Assembly (NCBI GenBank): GCA_039028615.1
Contig: JBCCHT010000024.1
Span: forward strand, 64,001 to 128,000
Direction of reading: 5' to 3'
Length of the DNA: 64,000 nt
Origin: Myxococcota bacterium
GTDB taxonomy: Bacteria > Myxococcota_A > Polyangia > Nannocystales > Nannocystaceae
Below are positions 9,333-17,817 of the stretch, one piece after another. A program made the translations under genes and the position numbers. The notes beneath the pieces are model-generated. The model saw only the letters and a program-made list of their open reading frames with translations. It was not told the origin of the DNA and did no database searches. The stretch's first letter is position 1. Each line of letters begins with the position of its first letter.

Positions 9333-10688
9333 TCAGAGCCCCGCGACCTTGCCTCGGTACCAGCGCTGGCCGGCGTGGGCGACCGCCTTGGCGACGTTCT
9401 TCCACTCGAGGTTCGAGGCCTCCAGCTCCAGCACGGACTCCTTTTTGACGTCTCGGCCGAGCCACTTGAGGAAGTCCCCCATGCGCCGCATGTCGAACTC
9501 GCCCTCGCAGGCCTCGGTCACACCCTGCTCGAGGCGAGGGACGGTGACGAACTGGTCGACGAAGGCCGCGGTGGAGGCCGAGACCTGCGGATCGACCCGG
9601 ACGGCCTTGGACTGCTTATTGACCCGATGGGCCTCGCCCTTGGCCTTGAACATCAGCTCGAAGTACGCATCGCGCTCGGTGCTGCCTCGCTCGTCGAAGT
9701 CGACGCCGTCGATGGGGTACAGGACCACGCCCTCACCCACACCTTCGACCCCGAACTCGGCCTGCACCCACGGGTCGACCTGCTCCACGGCGGAGACCAT
9801 CTCGTTGATCTTCGCCGCGCCTCGCTCCAGCCCGCTGTCGGAGTGGAAGTCGAGAGAGACGGTCTCGCCGTGCCAGGGCAGGACCCGCACGTCGGGGTGC
9901 TCGGGGAGCATCGCACGGATGCGATCGGGGTCGACGACCAGGCGGGCGTCGGCCTCGTTGGGATCGCCGAGCACGATGGCGAACACGGCGAAGATCTTCC
10001 GTTCGATCGAGGTGATGGCTACTTTCTTCTGGATGCCGGGACCACACCACTCGCCGTAGACCAGCACGCGGCCGTGCCGTTCGAAGAGCCCACCGAAGAA
10101 CTCGGCGGCCGAGCCGTGGACCCAGGCCGCAAAGCCGTAGTTGTCCTTCTCGGGGGTGATGAGCCGGGTTCGGCTCTGGGCGACGACCTTGCCCTCGCCG
10201 AAGACCTGAACCCCGGCATTGGTGCCGTCGAGCTTGATCTTGGCGCGGTAGCCCAGGGTGGGCGCGATGATGGCTCCGGGATCGAGCCGCACCTGCATGC
10301 GCACCCCCTTGCGGACCGCGGGTAGGCCTTCGATGCTGGCCCACTTCGCCATCTTGGCGCCCTCGGGGCGCGCGGGCGCGGAGGGCAGGGGAACCTCGAT
10401 CTGGCCGTGCTCGGCGTTCAGGTCTGTGCCGATCTCGGCGTCGGTCGGGCCGACGATCATGCCGTGCGAGTCGAGACCTCGCAGCCGGGCCCGGCGAATC
10501 TTGGTGCCGTCGCGCAACGTGGCGCCCACGCGGGCGACGGCCAGGACATCGCCCGGTGCGTATTCGCCTTCCTGGTTGGCCACGACGACCAGACCCTCGA
10601 TTCCCGGGGCCTCGAACCGGAGCACCCGCAGGGTGTCGGCATTGGGATGATCGTCGATTCGGACGACCCGCATTGCAATGATGGACAT
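9333..10688 (-). CDS. ATP-dependent RNA ligase (Rnl2-like) with an N-terminal tRNA-binding OB-fold domain
   Basis: N-terminal HPNADTL...IRRARLRGLDSHGM (PheT/Trbp-like OB fold); nucleotidyltransferase motifs I KLDGTN, III YGEWCG, IIIa FAVFAI, IV EGVVL, V FKAK; Rnl2-type C-domain (FVTVPRL...GRDVKKE). Ribosome-binding site AAGGA precedes ATG 10688. Confidence 0.85.
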   Translation of the reverse strand: MSIIAMRVVRIDDHPNADTLRVLRFEAPGIEGLVVVANQEGEYAPGDVLAVARVGATLRDGTKIRRARLRGLDSHGMIVGPTDAEIGTDLNAEHGQIEVPLPSAPARPEGAKMAKWASIEGLPAVRKGVRMQVRLDPGAIIAPTLGYRAKIKLDGTNAGVQVFGEGKVVAQSRTRLITPEKDNYGFAAWVHGSAAEFFGGLFERHGRVLVYGEWCGPGIQKKVAITSIERKIFAVFAIVLGDPNEADARLVVDPDRIRAMLPEHPDVRVLPWHGETVSLDFHSDSGLERGAAKINEMVSAVEQVDPWVQAEFGVEGVGEGVVLYPIDGVDFDERGSTERDAYFELMFKAKGEAHRVNKQSKAVRVDPQVSASTAAFVDQFVTVPRLEQGVTEACEGEFDMRRMGDFLKWLGRDVKKESVLELEASNLEWKNVAKAVAHAGQRWYRGKVAGL

Positions 10689-10735
10689 TGGAAACAGTCC
10701 TTTCTTCACTTCGCATTCGCCTCCGAAGGGGCGAC

Positions 10736-10770
10736 AAAAAAAAAGAGCCACCGGGTTTCCCTGGTGGCTC
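10736..10770 (-). terminator. Intrinsic terminator in the 5' leader of the RNA ligase gene (attenuator 3:4 hairpin)
   Basis: Minus strand reads GAGCCACC-A-GGG-AAA-CCC-GGTGGCTC then T9, about 50 nt upstream of the ligase ATG. Confidence 0.85.
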
Positions 10771-10797
10771 CACATGCCTCGAAACGGCCGAATTCGG

Positions 10798-10911
10798 TCA
10801 TTTACGAGTCAATGGGAGCCTCCACGGACATGGGTACATCGCACGACGTCCCTGGAGGGATGTCGAACGCGTGCGTCCTTGGGCGTAGGTCTTTTCCGAG
10901 CACGTCTTCAT
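10798..10911 (-). CDS. Putative 37-aa leader peptide (uORF) of the ligase attenuator
   Basis: ATG 10911 to TGA 10798: MKTCSEKTYAQGRTRSTSLQGRRAMYPCPWRLPLTRK. It overlaps alternative pairing segments and stops 27 nt before the terminator stem. Confidence 0.55.
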   Translation of the reverse strand: MKTCSEKTYAQGRTRSTSLQGRRAMYPCPWRLPLTRK

Positions 10912-10931
10912 GACGAGACTTTCCGACCCAT

Positions 10932-10960
10932 CGGATAGCAGGCAGCATTGTGACTGTCAA
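10932..10960 (-). promoter_or_regulatory. Sigma70-type promoter for the leader/ligase transcript
   Basis: Perfect -35 TTGACA (10960-10955), 17-nt spacer ending TGC, weak -10 TATCCG with an extended-10 TG. Confidence 0.55.
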
Positions 10961-10993
10961 ACGAATATTCTGGAGTCGGAGGGTAGGGCATCG

Positions 10994-12118
10994 ATGTCGA
11001 ACGCACCGTGGGTCGGGATCTGGAACAACGAAGCGCTCGGTATTCAGCTCTCGCTCGAGCTCGGCGGGACCTTCGGGTTCGTGGGGCCGACCGGATCGAG
11101 CACGGGTCGGTTCGAGGTGCGCGGCGATCAGCTGTGGTTTCAGGAAGCCAACGGCAACGTGCTGGCGTATCGCATCGCCAGGCTCGACGAGCAAACGATG
11201 GACTTGCTCGATGCGATGGGCACCATGCTGCACTACCGACGAAGCGCGGTGCCTTCGCTCGCGCGGGGGCAGGTGCTCGCCGAGGCGGGCGGGCTGCAGC
11301 TGACCGAAGGAGAGGTCGACGTCGGCCTCGATCTCGTTCGCTTGCTCATCGACACCGACCCTTCGGCGCAGGAACGCGAGGCGCTGACGCAGCACTCCGT
11401 CGACGACTTTCGGCAGCACCCGGCGGCGTTCCTCGAGCAGCTGCGGCAGATCGCGGCCAGCGTGCAGCAAGTCCGTGCGCTGCGAAACCCAACCGAGGTT
11501 GCCCTGGCTCGGCAGGCGATCTTCGCGAGCCTCTACGCTGCGGTCGAGCCGATGGAGCCCGCGACCCGCCCACCCTTGATGCAGGTGGTGCTGAGCCACG
11601 TGCAGGTGCGGGCCTTCGATCCGCGGACCCAGCTTCTGTGCACCAGCCGCGACTTGGCGGGCGCGGTGGCGCTGGCCGAGTTCGAGGCGATGCTGGCGGG
11701 GCGGCCCCTCGAGCTGACGCCGCAGCAACGCACCGAGATGGAGGCCGAGCTGGTCACCGCGTTCCAGACCGGCGGGCTCGAGGTGCAGCAGCGGCTGTGC
11801 GTGGCGGGGCCGATGTGGGCGATGACCGAGGCGAACTGGAGCCGCTTCGACGAAGCCCAGCGCGAGCAGCTGAGAGCTCAGTTCCGGGCGTCGTTCGGGG
11901 GTGGGGCGGCATACGCCGAAGTGCCGGGCGTGGAGGTGCCCGAGCCTGAGCCCGCGTCCGCCGAACCGCCGACGTCTGCCGTCGGTGATGCCTATGCGGC
12001 CCGCGTGAACGCAGAGACCTTTCGCATCATGCAGGAGATGTCACTTCAGCATCATGCGACCACGCTCAACATCATCGAGAACATGGGCGGCACGGGGAAC
12101 TACTGGGAAGTCGTGTGA
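10994..12118 (+). CDS. Hypothetical protein
   Basis: Long ORF with host-like codon usage; N-terminal beta-rich segment (WVGIW...GRFEVRGDQLWF), then a helical region. Start placed at ATG 10994 after GGAGGG. Confidence 0.6.
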   Translation: MSNAPWVGIWNNEALGIQLSLELGGTFGFVGPTGSSTGRFEVRGDQLWFQEANGNVLAYRIARLDEQTMDLLDAMGTMLHYRRSAVPSLARGQVLAEAGGLQLTEGEVDVGLDLVRLLIDTDPSAQEREALTQHSVDDFRQHPAAFLEQLRQIAASVQQVRALRNPTEVALARQAIFASLYAAVEPMEPATRPPLMQVVLSHVQVRAFDPRTQLLCTSRDLAGAVALAEFEAMLAGRPLELTPQQRTEMEAELVTAFQTGGLEVQQRLCVAGPMWAMTEANWSRFDEAQREQLRAQFRASFGGGAAYAEVPGVEVPEPEPASAEPPTSAVGDAYAARVNAETFRIMQEMSLQHHATTLNIIENMGGTGNYWEVV

Positions 12119-12136
12119 GGCGGTCGGGCGCCGGGC

Positions 12137-12550
12137 TCACAGGTCTTCGCCGCACTCGGTACACAGCCACGAGCGCGGGGCATCGGGGTCGTCGCTCATC
12201 CCGATGAAGGCGCGCTGACCCGCGGGCATCTCGGTGGTGCAGCGGGAGCACTGGGCGGCGCGACCGAGGATCACCGAGTTCCACGCGATGACATGGTCGA
12301 GCGGAGGCGGGGTGACCTCGGCCTTGGTCTCCGGGTCGATGATCGGACCGGTCCCGGGTTCGGCCAGACCGAAGGCATCCTCCAAGATGTTGCGCACCAG
12401 GTTGGACACGGAGATCCGACGGCGCTTGGCCTGCTCGACGAGTACGCGCTGCAGCCGACGATCGACCCGTGTCTGGATCAGCCGGTCCTTGCGGAGCTCC
12501 TTTTGTCGGAGTCGATCCTCTTTGCGCAATTTGCGGAGATCGGTGCTCAT
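12137..12550 (-). CDS. Putative ribbon-helix-helix DNA-binding protein with a C-terminal Cys4 zinc ribbon
   Basis: RLIQTRVDRRLQRVLVEQAKRRRISVSNLVRNILEDAF fits the RHH/CopG pattern; CSRC and CTEC pairs follow. Confidence 0.7.
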   Translation of the reverse strand: MSTDLRKLRKEDRLRQKELRKDRLIQTRVDRRLQRVLVEQAKRRRISVSNLVRNILEDAFGLAEPGTGPIIDPETKAEVTPPPLDHVIAWNSVILGRAAQCSRCTTEMPAGQRAFIGMSDDPDAPRSWLCTECGEDL

Positions 12551-12555
12551 ACCGT

Positions 12556-12578
12556 CATCAAGTGTATTACAAGTGATG
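12556..12578. promoter_or_regulatory. Palindromic operator-like site 1
   Basis: CATCA-AG-TGTATTACA-AG-TGATG, 5 bp from the RHH gene start. Confidence 0.6.
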
Positions 12579-12660
12579 GCTCGTGTCTCCTTGTCTCCCC
12601 TCCTCTCGCCCAATATCGACACGAGGCGATAATTCTCTCCACATGGGCTTGTCGTTGTCT

Positions 12661-12679
12661 TCGATTGTATTACAATCGA
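12661..12679. promoter_or_regulatory. Palindromic operator-like site 2
   Basis: Perfect 9-1-9 palindrome TCGATTGTA-T-TACAATCGA just upstream of the desaturase; same TGTATTACA core as site 1. Confidence 0.65.
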
Positions 12680-12683
12680 TTGC

Positions 12684-13796
12684 ATGACAATCAACGTCGC
12701 TCCCATGGCGTCCGAGGCCGAGAATTCTCGCGATTTGCGCGCATTTGGGGAAGAGATCGACGCGGTCCGAGCCCGATTCGAAGCCCAGTTCGGTGCTCCC
12801 GACGTCGCCTACATCAAGCGAGTCGCCCGCTTTTCCCGAGTGATGGAAGTCCTCGGTCGCGGGCTCATTCACTTCAGCTTCGAGCCCATCACCTTCGGGC
12901 TCGGGGTGCTCTCGCTGGCCATCCACAAGCAACTGCACGGGGCCGAGGTCGGCCACACCGTGCTGCACGGTGCGTTCGACAAGCTCCCCGACGCGGAGGG
13001 CTACCGCAGCAAGGACTACTGGTGGGAGACACCCATCGACGAGCGCAGCTGGCACGCGGGCCACAACATCCGCCATCACCAGTACACCAACGTCGCGGGC
13101 AAGGACCCCGACTGTCGGTACGGCACGGTACGGCTCAACCACCACGTCGAGCACCGCCCCGAGAACAACCACCAAGAGCTTCACCCGCTGTTCATCTGGC
13201 CGAGCTTCACCTTCAACATGGCGATGCACTTCAGCGGGATGATCGACCTCTATACCCGCAAGCCGGGGGAGTACGACGTCATCGAAGATCGTAGCTGGGC
13301 GACGATCAAGCAGACGCATCGCCGGGCGCTGCGCAAGGCGGTGCCCTACTACGCGAAGGAGTACGTCCTCTTTCCGCTGCTCGCCGGCCCGATGTTCTGG
13401 AAGGTCATCCTCGGCAACTGGATGGCCGAGGTCCTGCGCAGCGTGTACTCGGCGGCGACCATCTTCTGCGGCCACGTGGGGGAGGACGTCAACGCCTACG
13501 CGTCGCAGACCAAGGCTCGAGGCCGGGCGCAGTGGTATGCGATGCAGGTCGAGGCGGCCAACAACTTCGAGGTGCCGCTGCCGATCTCGATCCTGTGCGG
13601 GACCCTCGACCGACAGATCGAGCACCACCTGTTCCCCAAGTGGCCGACCAATCGCCTGCGCGAGGTCTCGCCCGAGATCCGGGCGATCTGCGAGCGACAC
13701 GGGGTGCGCTACCGAACCGCCTCGTGGGGCACGGTGCTGCGGGGTGTCTTCCGGCAGCTCCGTGCGCTGGGTCGACCCACCCTGGCGCAGTCGTAG
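12684..13796 (+). CDS. Membrane fatty-acid (acyl-CoA) desaturase, DesA3-like
   Basis: His boxes GHTVLH, HNIRHHQYTN and QIEHHLFP; alternative start at ATG 12705. Confidence 0.88.
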   Translation: MTINVAPMASEAENSRDLRAFGEEIDAVRARFEAQFGAPDVAYIKRVARFSRVMEVLGRGLIHFSFEPITFGLGVLSLAIHKQLHGAEVGHTVLHGAFDKLPDAEGYRSKDYWWETPIDERSWHAGHNIRHHQYTNVAGKDPDCRYGTVRLNHHVEHRPENNHQELHPLFIWPSFTFNMAMHFSGMIDLYTRKPGEYDVIEDRSWATIKQTHRRALRKAVPYYAKEYVLFPLLAGPMFWKVILGNWMAEVLRSVYSAATIFCGHVGEDVNAYASQTKARGRAQWYAMQVEAANNFEVPLPISILCGTLDRQIEHHLFPKWPTNRLREVSPEIRAICERHGVRYRTASWGTVLRGVFRQLRALGRPTLAQS

Positions 13797-13808
13797 GCGC
13801 GCCCGGGC

Positions 13809-15389
<1,581 letters not shown>

Positions 15390-15533
15390 GGGGAACCTCG
15401 GGGCGGAACCCGCACGCCATAGCACCCCTTGCTACGCCATGTGCCGAATCGGCGATGGCGCGACTGCCCCGTTCGCTCACATCACGGGGCGGTCTCTCGG
15501 TCCACGTACCCGTAAAACGGGCGTTGGACCCGC

Positions 15534-17624
15534 TCAGTTGCAGACGTCGGGGGTCTGTTCGCCCCGCCCGCATTGCCCCAGGTCGGGGAAGCTGCACACG
15601 CCGTCGGGGCAATGGTTGGTGATGACACCCGTCCGCAGGAACTCGTCGATTTGCTGGCGGGCCGAAGGCAGCCGGCGCAGGTCGCCGTGCGGGTCGTCGC
15701 AGGCGGTCTGCGGAAGGTTGCAGACCGGGTCCTCGGGCAAGCCGAAGTCGTACTCGACCAGCGCCGAGCCCTCGTGGCTCCCGGTGGCCGTCTCGAAGCC
15801 CCAAATCTCGCGGAGGCCCGAGTCGAGGTGCACGGCGCCGACCGACCGGGCCATGTGATGCGCCCCGAGAGTCGTGACCTGGTGGTCGCCCAGCGCGGCG
15901 GTCATCAGCACTTCGTGGGCCATGGTGCCGGGCAGCGGATCGCGAATGCGGTGGCTATAGCCGGCCGGCTCGGCCCGGTCCCAGAGGATCTGGAGCACGC
16001 CCAGCACGTAGGCGAGGTCGACCGGGTCGGGGAAGCGCACGCGCATCAGGTCGAAGAAGGGGTCGAAGTCTACGCTGCGGGTCAGCAGGGTGTTGTAGGG
16101 CTGGCCCAGCACGTCCAGCACGCCGCGCTCCACCTCGGTGGTGGTGGCCATGTAGACCCCGCCCAAGATGCCGCCTTGGCTGATGCCGTAGTAGTAGCGC
16201 TGGTCGGCATCGATGAGGCCCATCAGCAGGGGGTCGTTGGCGAGGCCGTATCGAGCGACGCGCATCGCGAGCAGCTGGTTGAGCGCGCCCTGCTGCATGC
16301 GGTCGGTCATGTGGGCGAGGCCTTCGGTGTTGCCCTCGGTCACCGTCGCCGCGATGAACAGCTGGTCGATGCCCGCCATCCCGATCCAGTCCACGCCGAA
16401 GACGGCGTAGTTGTAGGTGGTGGCTATCTCGCGGAAGTGGCTGCCCTCGATCTGTGAGCCGGAGCCCAGCAGGCCGTGTCCATGCTGCATGAGCGGGGCG
16501 GGCTCGGTCATGGCGGACTCGGGGATGATCATCCAAAAGGGCACCTCCATGGTGCCGTTGACGGTGGGGGTGCCGTCCGCGTCTCGGTTGATTCGCGAGG
16601 CGTTGGGGGCCGGATCCACGAGATAGAGCGGCACCTCCATGGTGCCCTCGATTCGGTAGGTAATGCCCTCGTTCCAGTCCGTTTCGGCGATGTCGATGGT
16701 GTAGGGCGGGAAGCCCTCGTCGCCGAGGTCGGCGAAGACCTCGTCGCGCATCTGGAGGACCTGGCCCGTGATGCTCTCGTCGCTGCCCGTGTGGAAGTCC
16801 CAGGCGATCTGGAGGTCGGCTCGAGCTACGCCCGCGTCTGCGAGGCGGTAGAAGATGTCGCCGTACAGCTCGCGGCGAGCCTCGATGGAGTCGTCGTCGG
16901 GATACTCGGTGCCGTCGCGCAGGGCCGCGAAGGCGGGCGAGGCGGGCAGGGGCTCGCCCGCGGCATCGACCACGTTGCGCAGCGCCACGATGTAGCGGCG
17001 ACCGGCCGGCAAGCGCGTGGCGGGGCGAATGAAGATCGAGCGACGCTCGGGGTCCATGCCGCTGAAGTCGAGCTCGGACCAGTGGGCGATGTGCTCGCCG
17101 GTCTCCGCGTCGATCAGCACGATGGGCGAGTCGTCGGCCAGCGACGCGCCGATGTCCAGGTGCGTGGGGAACCCGGTCTCGGTCGCGCCCTCCAGGAACA
17201 CCATGACCGCGGAGCTGGGCGAGAACCCATCGGAGTAGCTCCAGGGCTCGTTGTCGCCGTTGGTGAAGATGTCGACCGGAATCTGCAGGCGGCGCCCGGT
17301 GGGCGTGTTCGCGTCGGCGACGGTGAACACGTTCGAGGGAAACGGGAACGCGCAGTAGTCTGCAGCGATGGGATCGCAGTCGAGGGTCGGCCACTCGAGC
17401 TCTTCGGGATCGAGAGGGCTGCCGCCGTCGCTACTGCCACCGCCATCGGTGGTGTCTCCGGTATCGTCGACCGCCGCGGTCGTGCCGGGATCGCTGCCAG
17501 TACTGCCGGTCGAGGCCGTTCCGGTCGAGCCTCCGCTCGAGGAAGGGAGGTCGTCGCCACATCCCGCGACGGCCAGCGCGAGGAGCGAGCAGCCCGCGAT
17601 CGTTCGATAAGCCGAGGTCACCAT
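15534..17624 (-). CDS. Lipoprotein alpha/beta-hydrolase (lipase/esterase-like) with an N-terminal Ig-like region
   Basis: VAGC lipobox; HGHGLLG oxyanion-type motif, nucleophile elbow GISQGG, GDHQV and DPHG. Confidence 0.7.
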   Translation of the reverse strand: MVTSAYRTIAGCSLLALAVAGCGDDLPSSSGGSTGTASTGSTGSDPGTTAAVDDTGDTTDGGGSSDGGSPLDPEELEWPTLDCDPIAADYCAFPFPSNVFTVADANTPTGRRLQIPVDIFTNGDNEPWSYSDGFSPSSAVMVFLEGATETGFPTHLDIGASLADDSPIVLIDAETGEHIAHWSELDFSGMDPERRSIFIRPATRLPAGRRYIVALRNVVDAAGEPLPASPAFAALRDGTEYPDDDSIEARRELYGDIFYRLADAGVARADLQIAWDFHTGSDESITGQVLQMRDEVFADLGDEGFPPYTIDIAETDWNEGITYRIEGTMEVPLYLVDPAPNASRINRDADGTPTVNGTMEVPFWMIIPESAMTEPAPLMQHGHGLLGSGSQIEGSHFREIATTYNYAVFGVDWIGMAGIDQLFIAATVTEGNTEGLAHMTDRMQQGALNQLLAMRVARYGLANDPLLMGLIDADQRYYYGISQGGILGGVYMATTTEVERGVLDVLGQPYNTLLTRSVDFDPFFDLMRVRFPDPVDLAYVLGVLQILWDRAEPAGYSHRIRDPLPGTMAHEVLMTAALGDHQVTTLGAHHMARSVGAVHLDSGLREIWGFETATGSHEGSALVEYDFGLPEDPVCNLPQTACDDPHGDLRRLPSARQQIDEFLRTGVITNHCPDGVCSFPDLGQCGRGEQTPDVCN

Positions 17625-17817
17625 GCCCTCAGTTGTACCTGTGAACGTCGGGGATTACCCCGCTGCCGCCGCAGGGAACGATCACTACCGCGCAAACGTG
17701 TGTGTTTCGTAACAATGCTTCGCGGGCTGCCGTGTTGTTTTCACGGAGGCCCGGTGATGTGGGGCAACCCACTTCTTAGGCATTTCGAGTAAAGTACGGG
17801 GCAGGCTGGGGGAAGCC

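Noticed and set aside
10689..10775. N-terminal extension of the ligase ORF to 10775
   Set aside because: It reads through the terminator hairpin and T tract; a good ribosome-binding site and the domain start support ATG 10688.
10700..10930. T-box or known metabolite riboswitch upstream of the ligase
   Set aside because: I could not find the T-box consensus (AGGGTGGNACCGCG) or another aptamer signature, and the uORF model fits better. An Rfam search is needed to exclude this fully.
7653..12118. Anti-phage defence island or prophage around the RNA ligase
   Set aside because: No integrase, phage structural gene, nuclease or compositional shift is visible; flanking genes have host-like codon usage.
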